A stretch of 64,000 bases of DNA from Antedon mediterranea. Lineage: Eukaryota; Animalia; Echinodermata. Under the pieces are notes generated by a model that worked only from the letters and a program-made list of their open reading frames with translations, was not told where the DNA came from and did no database searches. The first letter of the stretch is position 1; each line of letters opens with the position of its first letter. Location of the stretch: positions 27,066,912 through 27,130,911 of the forward strand of contig NC_092675.1 in assembly GCF_964355755.1 (NCBI RefSeq), in the 5' to 3' direction. Positions 1 through 15,000 of the stretch are shown in pieces. A program made the translations under genes and the position numbers.

Positions 1-3000
1 TTGCTCATCTGTATAGTTTTGTAACCAAACCAACATGTGGCCAATCCGACCACATTTATGCGAGTAGTGAACATATCTTTATGGTCAATTGTATCTAGAT
101 TTCTCATCATATGCATATTCGGTAATGCAGCATCCGTGTGTTTCACATGTATTGCCTAGTGTTTCTAGTCTGGGTGTGTGGGGATTAATGCTCCATTACC
201 ATATGAAAATAAATTTAAAACAATGATACAAATCATAAGACGTTGCTGATGCTTATCTGGGATTATGTTGATTGCAAAGGGCATTATTCCAGAATATATA
301 TCTGAAGAAAACATATAATTATTATTTATCTTTTTCATTTATTCATTTGGTCAAAAACAATTAGAAAATGTATGAGAACCAGATTTCAAGCAATCTATTA
401 GAAATGGGAGTTTAAAACCTTAATTAAAAACAGATCAAAGATTAACATTCGAATACAGTTAGGCCAATTCAAAAATGCATACAATAATAACACGTTTATT
501 TTTCGCGCCGCGGCTCTAGCCAGTTATGTCCCAGGAGGACACATTCATTAATAAGCTGTTTCATAGCGGTAGCTTTAGTATCTAAGACTGACAGTTTTGT
601 GAATTTGGAAACTCGACTATAATTTATAGGTAGCTGCTGGACCCAAAAAACGTCTGGGAGAAGAGAGTCTATATGAAAGCCTTTGCTGATAATACAGTAT
701 TATTGAGATGTAGACGGAAATCTGTAAAATATTGATCAATAAATAATAACTTCGTTTTTGCTGTCAACCAGGCCGGTATTATAATAAGTCACTGTCAAAT
801 AATCATTCGATAATGGTCAAAACTTTATTTTGGCTCTGTCAACATAAAGGGAGGTATTTACAATGACTTTCTTTGACTTTCAATCTAGGCCAATGTTATA
901 ATAATACGCCGTCAGATATTAAATCATTGAAACAGTCCTCGTAAATTTTTTGTTGGTTATCAGATGCCGTGGGGGGTCCAATCAATTATCGTCAGAAGGT
1001 GAACAATCAGTCTACAGCAGATTATTAGGAACGCCTGCTCCATTAATTAATCCAGAAAAAGGTTTGAACATTATCTATTTGTTTATTAGCCTTCTCCTAA
1101 CACAATTATATTTTCTTTAAAAAAAAAGGTTTTATAAGTGGTTTCAACATTTATGATAGTAATGTCACAGTTCTGTGTCTGGACGCAAGTTCATAGACCT
1201 ACTAGTTATATTATTCATATTAACTGATACTTACTCTTCATTTACCGTAAAGTTCAGTTTTAATGAAATATATAATATAAATTGGCTTCGTAACAATTAA
1301 TTAGTTTTGAAAAGGTTAGTTTTTTGGTGATAGGTGAAAATTACATGTAACTTCGTAAACAATTTATTTTTTGTGTATAAAGGCCCAATTACACTATGAC
1401 GATAACGACAGACGATAAATATATAGCATGCATTTTTTTTACATAAACCAAAAGAAATTAGAAAGGTTTTCGTTCTAAAAATAATGTTTTTCAAATTTCA
1501 ATCAAATGACGTCATGATAAATAAAAACAATAAAATCGCTGTATTGTCACGATATTATTGGTCTTACTAATCATGACGTCATTTGATTGGACGTGTGAAA
1601 ATATAATTTTCATCAAAGGAATTGTTTATATTTCTTTTGGTTTATGTATTAAAAATGCACATTTGTCTATTTATCGTCGATCGTTATTGTCCTAGTGTAT
1701 GGGCCTTATGCTGTAAATGTTCAATTAATTGATCATTCCGATTTTATTAGTTTGACTCTTGCACAGTTGCTGTCTAATCGTTGTTGTGTAATATCATTTC
1801 GAACCATATTAAAATCATAAAGAGATTCATATTCCTTAACATGTGGCTGTGCATGGAAGTCTAGTCTACACAAACTCGGCCCCGGGCCTGAAAGTGTTGG
1901 TGAATTCATAATTATACTTAATATTATATATATAAACACAACAGGCATAGAAATAAATTCCAAACCGCCCGGTGATACACTGAAAATTATTTAATTAATT
2001 TTTGAAACGATAAAGATGAGGAAATCTGGGAGTGTTGAAACATTTCAATATTCATTTAAAAAAGTACATTAATTATGGTATTGATCAGTGCCTATAGAGG
2101 CGTAAAAACCCTCGGTCAATATCATGTAAAATGCACTGTGGAAGGGTCATTATTAAGACTGCAAAATTGGGCTTATCAACAAATAAATACTTTCGTTCAA
2201 AATGTAAAATCAAGGCTGAAAAATTGGGCTTATCAACAACAAAATATGTTATTATTAGACGCGATAACATCAAGGATAATCAGTATAATTATTAATATAG
2301 CCACTGTTACTAGTTATTCTACATGCTAAAGTAAATAAAAATCCACTAGAAAACAAGCAAGTCTGAATGTTATGCTTATTAGCCATGTTATGTTTGTTAC
2401 TGTAGGCCTATGATTGTTTGCAATGTCCACATATTATTTCCGTGGGCATATCCATAGTGTATCACTCACAAAAAAGACGTGTGAGGTTCTTTCTTTAAAT
2501 TTTGATGAATGATTTGTGTTACACAAGAGTCAAATGCTCAAGATATTGGCTAACGCCATGGGACCCTTGGCTTATCAATGAATAATAAATATAGTACTAC
2601 TTTCGTTCAATTGAAATCGGAATCTGACCGTTTCATTAAATTGGGTGTGATTAGGCCTAAACATATAATAATTTATTAAAAAGGTACAATAAAAACAAAT
2701 GCATCAGAGGCGTAAAGAACCCACGGTCAATATCATGTAAAATGTATATGGTATAAGCACTGTGGAAGGGGTCATTATTATTAAACTGGAAAATTCGGCT
2801 TATCAACAAATAAATACTTTCGTTTAAAATGTAAAATAAGACTGCAAAATTGGGCTTATCAACAAATAAATACTTTCGTTCAAAATGTAAAATAAGACTG
2901 CACAATTGGGCTTATCAACAAATAAAATACTTTTTTTCAAAATGTAAAATTAAGACTGGAAAATTGGGCTTATAAACAAATAAATACTTTTTTTCAAAAT

Positions 3001-6000
3001 GTAAAATTAAGACTGGAAAATTGGGCTTATAAACAAATAAATACTTCCGTTCAAAATGTAAGAAAACATTTTTTAAATATAATCCTTAAGCTCTGTCTAT
3101 ACTATCAAACTAAATATGATGTGCCCATATTATATAGACATGACGATGTCATATCACTACGATAATCGGGCATATCACTACCATATTTGGGCACATCACA
3201 CTTTTTTTGTTAAACTAGTTGGGACAGTGTAGACACAGAACTATGTGATCGAAACATAAGTCGGAATTGGACTGACGCGATTGATTTAATTGGGTATTTT
3301 TATTAATGTAATGATTCATTAAAAACTATAATACCGATACGCGTTTGGTATTGATCAATGGTGCAAAAAACCCTGAGAAATAATGTTATAACGCGATTTG
3401 GTGATAGCTTAGCAATAATACAACCCATATACTATTATTATAAATACCTATTACAAATCCATTCATATAACTTTTCATCGCGAACCGAAAATGTATAAAT
3501 GTTATTCTACAGACAGTAATTATATATTCAAAAGCCATATTATTATTATTATCAATACCTAAATGCGATAGTAATAACCACATACATTATTCCCAATACA
3601 AATTTGTGCGTTTAATTCTACAGTAGAAAGAAACGACTGTGCTGACAGGCCAATGACATAAATCACAAGTAAAGTCCCAATTGTTCACTTGCGTTTTGAT
3701 TGGCCGACCTATTATATTAGATTAATGAAGACTGTTCTTACAACTGTCCAGTCAAAAAGTTACGCGGCGTTTTTTGTAAGAAATATTTCTTGTTTATTTT
3801 GTAAACTGTTAAAAGTGACGTGAAGTTGGCCAGCAAGAAACGTAACAACAACAATTAAACTGGTTTATTTCCATTGGAAATGTTTAGAATAATTAATTTT
3901 CCATAATACTTGATAGTTTGTTAACATTCTCTTAAGGCAGTAGCGTAGAAGGTACCGTCAATAATTGTTGTTTTAGTTGCAATGAAATTTGCACCACTTT
4001 GTCAGTAAATAATGATTTTGATCACAAACTTTTTTTTAAAGTTCCTTAACATAGAACATTCATAAATAATAGATAAAGCCTACAATATTAAAAATAATGG
4101 TAACAAACACAAACAATACGATAACCTACCTAACAATTTCATAAGAGAGAATTACACATTTTGAAAATATTTATACTAAAATAAATGTTATCCTATATGT
4201 TGCTATCAAACTTTACGCACCTCTATCTACCATCTGTCGCTTTTTCCTTTTCCGTCGAATTAGAAAGAAAGCAATGAGTACAATCAAAATTATAACAACC
4301 AACGGCACACAGATCGCAGCAACTAAGTTAGCACTTGACTTATGTTGTTCAGATGCATGTGGTGGTGATATGTTATTCGTTGATGAAATAGCATAGTCTG
4401 CAGACGTCGATGTTACCAGTGACGTTTTTGTTAATTCTGGTACGAGGGTCGTTGATTGTGACGGTACTGGGCATATATCAGGAGATGCATCTGTAGAAAA
4501 TTTGATCTCATGAAACTTAACAGCAATTTTAATTACAAATGTATGAATTACTATTCAAGAATAGTTACTTAATAAATAATTCAGTTGAATGAAACCAATA
4601 GGTCTCTAAAATTATAAATGTCTATTAATAATAATAATAATAATAATGACGATGACGACGACGACAAATGGGACTTATATAGCGCATTTTGCAAAGCCTC
4701 AATGCGCTTTCAAAAAAAGAAATAAAAAGCGGAAACTAGGAGAAAAAAGGTGATTTTTCAGAGCCTTAAAATAAGCGATTTGAAGTAGCCCGACGGATAG
4801 AGATGAAAATAAACCGTTTCAAAGGGCGACAGAGGCCAAAGAAAAGGAACGAAAACCATAATACTTTGTGGTCGGATTGATGGGAATGAGCAAGTAGAGA
4901 CTCTGAAATAGATTGCAAACATCTCTTAGGAACATGGATGAATAAATTACCGCAGGCCTTAAAAACCAGTTCGAAGCTTACCGTATGTTGTGATGCAATT
5001 CAAATTGGCCTGGGCTACTACCGCAAAGATTTCATAAATGCCACAATTAGAAAACTAATTAAATTATATCAATAAGAGGTTTTAGACTAAAATAGTGGAA
5101 ATTACACTGGACCATCGCCCATCAAACAAAGTACTACGTAGCTCCAAGCTGCCCATTGTATATGTTAATCGCAATTGATAGTCCTAGTTCAATTTCGGTG
5201 CATATCCTGTTTGCATATCACATGTTTTCAATTTATTTTTGGATAATTTTTATTATTTAGGCCTAAATAATGATTTTAATTTGTTATCGTCATAAAAGTA
5301 GTTCAAGGAAAATTATTAGTAAATATATATAATTTAATATAGGGGCCTAAATAATAAGTTTATGCTAAATGTATTACTCTGTCTTTAAATTGTTCGATTG
5401 TGTGGTTAACAAGTACGCGTACGAGTACGCTACTTGAAAGATATCTCTTAATTGTTGTTATTATTTGACAATATCTGGACTTTTATTTGGTGTTGAACTC
5501 ATAGTGATAAACAAGGAACTCATATAAAAGGAAAGTACACTTTTTATTACAGAACCCATTGTTAGATCCAAGTGATTTAGACCTTCAACGCCTAGGCCCA
5601 CGGATAGAAAAAAAGTTGTACCATACGATCTATACAGGGTTAGTTTGGCCCTTTTCATTGCTGGGACCTCAAACGATCGTACCGCGTCTTTTCTGCCTTC
5701 TAATCGGCCAATCAGTGCGAGGCGTCGTTGTGCTAGGCAACAGTACTTTCTATTGTCTTCTTTTGTCCATTGAAATCGTACAAATACCACTGCATAGCGA
5801 AATCGCTAATGCAACAATGCAACACATAGCAATGGCTGACAAACTAATTAAATCTAAGAAAACTAAAAAGAAAAAGGTTTATGCTGTTGCTGTCGGGAAA
5901 CAACCAGGTATCTATTTATCCTGGCTGGAATGCCAAGCAAATACTGATGGCTATCACGGAGCTTTATTCCAATCATTTTTAGTGTTGAAAAAGCCGAAAA

Positions 6001-9000
6001 ATATCTCCGCGAAAATGGGGTGTGCAATGACTTAGAATGTACTGATGCAACTAAAGTCAATGATGCTGAAGTGGAACTACCTTTAGTAAATACAGCTATT
6101 GAAAGTAACAAAATAGATACTGAATGTAATGATACATTACATGACCTGGTTACCACTGATGTAAATGACCTTCAAAACATCCATTCCGCTTGCACTCAAT
6201 CACATTTTGATCACTCATTAGCTTCTCCAAATCTATCTGATTTGCTAAAAGAAAACTTCGAACTCAAAATTAAAATGTCTGAAAATGAAAATAGAGTCCT
6301 GAAAGATAAATTACTAGCTAAAAACAATGATTGTGCTATTTTGGTTGAAGCTGTAAAAGATATTCGATGTGAGCTTAATGAATTTAAAAAAGAGGTTAAA
6401 TCCCTACAAGAAAATAGAAAATTCAAACAGAATATGAATATTAAATTCGAAGCTCTTAAGTCCGATGTAACACAATTGCAGCATACTTTACAACTTTTGC
6501 AGCAAAAAGATAAGGAAGTGACAAAACTACACGATCTACTTATCTCCGCTCATAAAGATGCTGCTAAAGCCAAAGATGAAGCATACGATGCGAAAATAAC
6601 CTAAGTTGCTATTGACACATCTGACTTTATTACTGTGAAGGGGCATAGTGTTACACAACATAAAACCTGTCCCAAACTTGGTCTGCACGATAGATGTTCC
6701 TCTCCTCAAGAACAGTCTATACATCTGACCTCATTGGACCTCCCGAAACAAAATCGGTCTAATGCAGAACCAAATTGTGACAGTAAAGCTATCGATGATT
6801 CTCGGACTTATTCTGAGCAGCTAATTGACACTCTATATAACGCATTGGACACTCTATATAACGCATTGGACACGACTAGCCCTACTAATGATGTAACGAA
6901 GAGTACTGGAAAAGTTGATTCTTATCAACTACAGCTTCATCAATACCGTAATATAAACAAAGTACTAAGCGACACACAAACAATTTCTGATAAAACTGCT
7001 AGTACTCAAGATTACACAATTCCAGCTGACGTTCTGATTATTGGTGATGCAATGATTAAACATCTTCGTCCCCAACGATTAAGTAATTCTACTGAAAAAA
7101 GGGTGATATGCCACACTATGCGTGGTGCAAAAATAGAAGACCTCGCGCATTGTGCCAAGCGTCTTGCAGTAAAACATGGTGTTGAAAGAGTGATTGTTCA
7201 TGTGGGAACTAACAATAGAAATGACAGTTCAGACACTTTGACCTAAAAAACGACATCTCTGTGTGAAACCTTGAAGCCAATAAAGTGCACAGTTTCCTCC
7301 ATCATACACCGACGCAACCAGATGCGATGATGTAGAGAGAGCAAATCACCATATGAAACTCATATGCAAAGAGAATGGCTGGGGATTTATTGATAATACA
7401 AATATTCCATTCATGAAACTATCTTCTGATGGAGTTCATCTTAGCCCACGAGGAACAAGTACTCTGGCGAAGAACATTATTGATCACATAAGTAGTGAGT
7501 CGGCGATGAGTCCACCTCCGTCATCTTTTCTGCTCTCAAATCAGTACCAACCAATTCGTCAGAGAGAATGCGTCAATCATCAACAGGGGACTATAAAAAT
7601 CGGTGCAAGAAAAGATCCACGAAAACCTACCCACAAAAATTAAATTCAAATTCTGCAAATTCGTCACTTATATTTTGTTTGCTAAATGCTCGTTCATTGC
7701 GTAACAAAAGTGATGAATTCACAGACTTTGTTGTTAGTAATGACATTGATATCGTGTCTGTGTCTGAAACATGGCTTCGACCTGATGACAACCTCTCCAT
7801 TGGAAACATAACTCCACTAGGATATTGTTTCAAACATGTTCCTAGATTGGATAAAATCGGTAGAGGGGTTGGAATTTTATTTAAATCTAGTCTAAGTGTT
7901 AATATGAAAAATGATGTTAATGCTTATTCTTCATTTGAATCAATACATTTACAGTTTACATTAAGTTCAAACACAATTTATATTGTATGCATCTTTAGAC
8001 CACCGAGTTTGTCTGTCACCGACTTTCTTAATAAATTTGAAAATATGATTTTTGATTATCTCATTATTCCATCAGAAGTAATTTTTTGTGGTGATTTTAA
8101 TATCCACATTGATAAAAATGAGAATATCGCTGCAAATAAATTTAATCGTCTATTGCAGTCTTTCAATCTTATACAGCATGTAAATGAACCTACGCATGAT
8201 GGTGGTCATTGTCTTGATCTTATTATTACTAGAGATGTTTCTCTGATCTCGGGGATCACTGTAAAACCGGGTATCTCTGATAATTTTCTATTCTTTGTAG
8301 TCTCAACTTCAAGAAACCACCTCTTCCTAAATCGAAAATTAAAATCCGAAATATAAACAGTATTGATACAACAATATTTTCAAATGACATACAAGCTCGG
8401 TTGTCTGATATGCATGATGGTACTTTGCAAGAAAATATTGAAAGATACTGTTCTTTAAGAGAAGTTATGGATAAACATGCACCTTTAAAAACAAAATGTA
8501 TCAAACTAAATTCTTCAAAACCGTGGTATACTGATGAAATTAGATCTGCGAGAAAACTCCGTCGCGTATTTGAGAGAAGATGGATGAAATCAAAAAATAC
8601 CTTAGATAGACAGAAATATTGTCATCAGCGGTGTATTGTTAATGCTTGTTGAAAGTGCTAAGAAACGATATTATTCTGATCTGGTCGAAGATTGCTCAGG
8701 TGATCAGAAGAAGCTGTTTAAAGTTGTAAACAATCTTTTTCACCGTTCTAAATCGTCGGTGCTTCCATTTTCTCACTCAGATGAGTTGCTTGCAGAAAGA
8801 TTTTCCGTATTTTTTAAAAATAAAATTGTTAATATTCGTAAACTTCTTGTTAAAGATAGTGCTGGAAGTTTGTCTCATTACTTTAATAACGACGTATGCT
8901 GTGAAAAGTATAATTGTCCCTCCCTTTGTAAATTTGAACCTGCAAGTGAAAAAGAAATTTCTGAAATTGTCAAAAACTCGCCTGCTAAATTTGGCAGTCT

Positions 9001-12000
9001 TGATCCAGTTCCTACTCTGTTAATTAAGAGAAATGCTGTTGTTTTTGTTCCACTAATTACACGTGTCGTTAATCTGTCTTTGGAAACTGAGGTTTTCCCA
9101 GATTTTTGTAAAATCTCGCACATACGTCCTCAATTAAAGAAATCGGGTCTTGATCCTGAAAAGCTATCCAATTACATACAGACCAGTATCAAATCTGTGT
9201 TTTCTTGGAAAAGTAATTGAAAAAGTGGTATCTAAACGTATACTATCACATGTAAAGGATAATTCTTTACTTGATCCGTTTCAATCAGCGTATAAAGCAC
9301 ATCACAGTACTGAAACTGCACTGCTGCGCGTTAGCAATGATATACTTCGTGCGATGGATGTTGGAAAAGTAACTGCTTTAATTTTACTTGATTTGAGTGC
9401 TGCGTTTGATACGGTAGATCATAGTATTCTGATTGAGAGGTTGCATGCTTCTATTGGTGTTGAGGGATGTGTACTAAGATGGTGTAAATCATACTTGGCG
9501 GACAGACCTCAACAGATTTGTATTAGAGAGGTAATCTCTCAACCTACCACTTTTAATTTCTCTGTTCCGCAAGGATCTGTGTTAGGTCCGCAATTGTTTA
9601 CAATGTATATCCTATTCGGGATATCATTAAGAAATATAATCTTAGCTATCATGTTTACGCTGATGACACTCAGATATATATATCGTTTAAACCTACCATG
9701 ACACAGAGTGAATTATCAATTGATTTGCTTGAAAAATGTATCTCTGAAATTCGTGTCTGTATGGCCAAAAACTTTTTAAAACTTAATGATGATAAGATGA
9801 ATACATTCTATTTGGTTCGCAACAACAATTAGAGAAAATTGCATCTAGGAGGGTTTCCATTGGTAATTTTTGTACTAAAAATACTACACAAGTTAGAAAT
9901 CTTGGTGTAATTCTGGATTCTAATATGACAATGACGGCTTATATTTCTAAAATTACGTCTGCATCGTCATATCATTTAAGAAATATTCGAGGCATCAGAA
10001 AATACTTAAATCGTGCAGCTGCTGAGCAACTTGTACATGCATTTGTTAGTTCGCGTCTCGATATGTGTAACTCCTTGTTATTTGGTCTCCCACAAAAACA
10101 ACTCCACAGGCTTCAGCTGATTCAAAATACAGCGGCACGAGTTGTTAAAAAAACTACCAAGATATGCACACATATCAAATACCTTGGAAACGTTGCATTG
10201 GCTTCCTGTTGGTACCGCATTGTTTTAAAAATATTACTTTAAGTTTTTAAGTCTATTAATGGCATGGCTCCTGAATATATTTCTGACATGCTTAGGCTGT
10301 ATGTTCCCAGACGGAATCTGCGTTCTAGTGATACGCTGCTTCTACATCAACCTAAGTCTCACCACTCATGGGGAGACAGAGCTTTCACCGTTACTGCTCC
10401 TCGTCTATGGAATGCTCTACCGAGCTCTATCAGATTTTGCAAAACTGTTAGAGCTCGGTAAAAAATTATTAAAAACACATTTATTCATTAAGGCATATGG
10501 AAATAATGAGGTTTCTTAAAGTTCTAGAATTTTATAGTATACTTTTTCCTGACCAGCATTATCTTTGGGGTGCCTCTGTCTTGGTTGTTGTCTCTGAACA
10601 CCCAGTCGTCTGTGGCAAGGCAAATGTGTATCCTGCTCCTTTGTTTGGTCACCTAGGTAGGGGTCCGGGACCGCGACAGAACGAGAACGGAGGGGGACCC
10701 TCCAAAGAAATTGCATTTTATTTGTCAGGCATTTGTATGATTTGTTTTTATTTTTTTTTTTATGCGCCTTGAGCACTCTTGAGTGGTATGTGCGCTATAA
10801 AAATCCTGTTATTATTATTATTATTATTATTAAACATTAGCAGCGGGTATTCAAAATATAATCTTAAATCACTGGTCAATCTTTGTAACATTTGTTTGTA
10901 AATTACTGACGTCGGATTCATATGTATGGCAGGCATTCAATATGTAATCGTAGACAATCTTATTTAAAATGTTGCCAAATCATATAATATATAGGCTTAA
11001 CATAAAATTATTAATGACCGGTTTGTTTTGTAATTTGTGTTATTCATTGCTTCGAATAGTGTGTAGTTACTGTAAATACTGGTTGTAACAATTGTTTTTT
11101 CGCGCCGCGGCTCTAGCCAGCTATGTCCCAGGAGGACACATTCATTAATAAGCTGTTTCATAGCGGTAGCTTTAGTATCTAAGGCTGACAGTTTTGTGAA
11201 TTTGGAAACTCGACTATAATTTATAGGTAGCTGCTGGACCCAAAAAACGTCTGGGAGAAGAGAGTCTATATGAAAGCCTTTGCTGATAATACAGTATTAT
11301 TGAGATGTAGACGAAAATCTGTAAAATCTTGATCAATAAATAATAACTTCGTTTTTGCTGTCAACCAGGGCGGTATTATAATAAGTCACTGTCAAATAAT
11401 CATTCGATAATGGTCAAAACTTTATTTTGGCTCTGTCAACATAAAGAGAGGTATTTACAATGACTTTCTTTGACTTTCAATCTAGGCCAATGTTATAATA
11501 ATACGCCGTCAGATATTAAATCATTGAAACAGTCCTCGTAAATTTTTTGTTGGTTATCAGATGCCGTGGGGGGTCCAATCAATTATCGTCAGAAGGTGAA
11601 CAATCAGTCTACAGAAGATTATTAGGAACGCCTGCTCCATTAATTAATCCAGAAAAAGGTTTGAACATTATCTATTTGTTTATTAGCCTTCTCCTAACAC
11701 AATTATATTTTCTTTAAAAAAAAGGTTTTATAAGTGGTTTCAACATTTAGTAATGTCACAGTTCTGTGTCTGGACGCAAGTTCATAGACCTACTAGTTAT
11801 AATTATTCATTTTAACTGATACTTACTCTTCATTTACCGTAAAGTTCAGTTTTAATGAAATATATAATATAAATTGGCTTCGTAACAATTAATTAGTTTT
11901 GAAAAGGTTAGTTTTTTGGTGATAGGTGAAAATGACATGTAACTTCGTAATCAATTTATTTTTTTTGTATAAAGGCCCAATTACACTATGACGATAACGA

Positions 12001-15000
12001 CAGACGATAAATATATATATAGCATGCATTTTTTTTACATAAACCAAAAGAAATTAGAAAGGTTTTCGTTCTAGACCTATAGGATAATCATTTATGCTGT
12101 CTTTGATAAAAATAATGTTTTTCAAATTCCAATCAAATGACGTCATGATAAATAAAAACAATAAAATCGCTGTATTGTCACGATATTATTGGTCTTACTA
12201 ATCATGACGTCATTTGATTGGACGTGTGAAAATATAATTTTCATCAAAGGAATTGTTTATATGTCTTTTGGTTTATGTATTAAAAATGCACATTAATTTG
12301 TCTATTTATCGTCGATCGTTATCGTCCTGGGCCTTATGCTGTAAATGTTCAATTAATTGATCATTCCGATTTTATTAGTTTGACTCTTGCACAGTTGCTG
12401 TCTAATCGTTGTTGTGTAATATCATTTCGAACCATATTAAAATCATAAAGAGATTCATATTCCTTAACATGTGGCTGTGCATGGAAGTCTGGTCTACAAC
12501 TCGGCCCCGGGCCTGAAAGTGTTGGTGAATTCATAATTATACTTAATATTATATATATAAACACAACAGGCATAGAAATAAATTCCAAACCGCCCGGTGA
12601 TACACTGAAAATTATTTAATTAATTTTTGAAACGATAAAGATGAGGAAATCTGGGAGTGTTGAAACATTTCAATATTCATTTAAAAAAGTACATTAATTA
12701 TGGTATTGATCAGTGCCTATAGAGGCGTAAAAACCCTCGGTCAATATCATGTAAAATGCACTGTGGAAGGGTCATTATTAAGACTGCAAAATTGGGCTTA
12801 TCAACAAATAAATACTTTCGTTCAAAATGTAAAATCAAGGCTGAAAAATTGGGCTTATCAACAACAAAATATTTTATTATTAGACGCGATAACATCAAGG
12901 ATAATCAGTATAATTATTAATATAGCCACTGTTACTAGTTTTATTCTACATGCTAAAGTAAATAAAAATCCACTAGAAAACAAGCAAGTCTGAATGTTAT
13001 GCTTATTAGCCATGTTATGTTTGTTACTGTAGGCCTATGATTGTTTGCAATGTCCACATATTATTTCCGTGGGCATATCCATAGTGTATCACTCACAAAA
13101 AAGACGTGTGAGGTTCTTTCTTTAGATTTTGAAGAATGATTTGTGTTACAAGAGTCAAATGCTCAAGATATCGGCTAACGCCATGGGACCCTTGGCTTAT
13201 CAATGAATAATAAATACAGTACTACTTTCGTTCAATTGAAATCGGAATCTGACCGTTTCATTAAATTGGGTGTGATTAGGCCTAAACATATAATAATTTA
13301 TTAAAAAGGTACAATAAAAACAAATGCATCAGAGGCGTAAAGAACCCACGGTCAATATCATGTAAAATGTATATGGTATAAGCACTGTGGAAGGGGTCAT
13401 TATTATTAAACTGGAAAATTCGGCTTATCAACAAATAAATACTTTCGTTTAAAATGTAAAATAAGACTGCAAAATTGGGCTTATCAACAAATAAATACTT
13501 TCGTTCAAAATGTAAAATAAGACTGCACAGTTGGGCTTATCAACAAATAAAATACTTTTTTTCAAAATGTAAAATTAAGACTGGAAAATTGGGCTTATAA
13601 ACAAATAAATACTTTTTTTCAAAATGTAAAATTAAGACTGGAAAATTGGGCTTATAAACAAATAAATACTTCCGTTCAAAATGTAAGAAAACATTTTTTA
13701 AATATAATCCTTAAGCTCTGTCTATACTACCAAACTAAATAAAATATGATGTGCCCATATTATATAGACATGACGATGTCATATCACTACGATAATCGGG
13801 CATATCACTACCATATTTGGGCACATCACACTTTTTTTGTTAAACTAGTTGGGACAGTGTAGACACAGAACTATGTGATCGAAACATAAGTCGGAATTGG
13901 ACTGACGCGATTGATTTAATTGGGTATTTTTATTAATGTAATGATTCATTAAAAACTATAATACCGATACGCGTTTGGTATTGATCAATGGTGCAAAAAA
14001 CCCTGAGAAATAATGTTATAACGCGATTTGGTGATAGCTTAGCAATAATACAACCCATATACTATTATTATAAATACCTATTACAAATCCATTCATATAA
14101 CTTTTCATCGCGAACCGAAAATGTATAAATGTTATTCTACAGACAGTAATTATATATTCAAAAGCCATATTATTATTATTATCAATACCTAAATGCGATA
14201 GTAATAACCACATACATTATTCCCAATACAAATTTGTGCGTTTAATTCTAGAAAGAAACGACTGTGCTGACAGGCCAATGACATAAATCACAAGTAAAGT
14301 CCCAATTGTTCACTTGCGTTTTGATTGGCCGACCTATTATATTAGATTAATGAAGACTGTTCTTACAACTGTCCAGTCAAAAAGTTACGCGGCGTTTTTT
14401 GTAAGAAATATTTCTTGTTTTATCTTTTGAATGTTTTACTTAAATCTATGTCAAAACGTTGTCATACTCACCAGTAGATTCACATATAATGGTGTTTATC
14501 TCCACAGCGTGTGAGCAGTCTATGTTTTCTTTTTTTGCATTATTCCAGATATATCCATTAGCCACATTGATTAGTATGCATTTTTTCTGGCGTAGGCCGT
14601 TGTCATGATGGGCATTAAATTTACTTTTAGTCCCTACGCTAAGAACATGCTCAACGTTATTTGTTAATTGATCGTATTCAGCTTTACTATTTACAACAGT
14701 GATGTTCCCACCAATCACTTCACATTCCCGTTGAGCATCAATACACGATTTTCGGTTCGTGCTCACTGTTATAAATTTATAGCAGTGATTCAACAATGAT
14801 ACCTTTGCACCTGCAAAGTATAAAGAAATTGTACAAATGAGTATATAGTGAATGTAAACATTTGAAAGAAATATCATCTGTAATGTATCACTGTTACATG
14901 ACTAATTTAAAAACTGTGTAATAATAAATATATTATGGACAATTTTGTGTTTAAATGTTTACTTTTTGTATAAGATCCTAGATAGTATTATTCAAAGTCT

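Larger units (their letters stand above)
498..3797 (+). mobile_element. Helentron-type non-autonomous element (HINE/DINE-like), copy 1, ~3.3 kb
   Basis: Near-identical to 11095-14420. Starts TTTTTCGCGCCGCGG; ends with inverted CGCGGCG, palindrome AAGAAATATTTCTT, then GTTT. T-rich flanks, no obvious TSD, internal 56-58 bp tandem repeats. Confidence 0.65.
5000..10831 (+). mobile_element. Near full-length, frameshifted L2/CR1-group LINE in intron 3 of paralogue A (5' boundary approximate)
   Basis: ORF1 remnants 5818-7643 and ORF2 remnants ~7660-10500; 3' end GCGCCTTGAGCACTCTTGAGTGGTATGTGCGCTATAAAAATCC then (TTA)n at 10809-10831. Confidence 0.9.

Noticed and set aside
2781-3063. Regularly spaced repeats as a CRISPR array (also 59383-59510)
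   Set aside because: Units are contiguous tandem copies with no unique spacers, no cas genes are present, and the DNA is eukaryotic.
1297-3583. Short ORFs duplicated at 12361-14213 as a gene pair
   Set aside because: They lie inside the duplicated non-autonomous element, have no recognisable motifs and differ by indels between copies.
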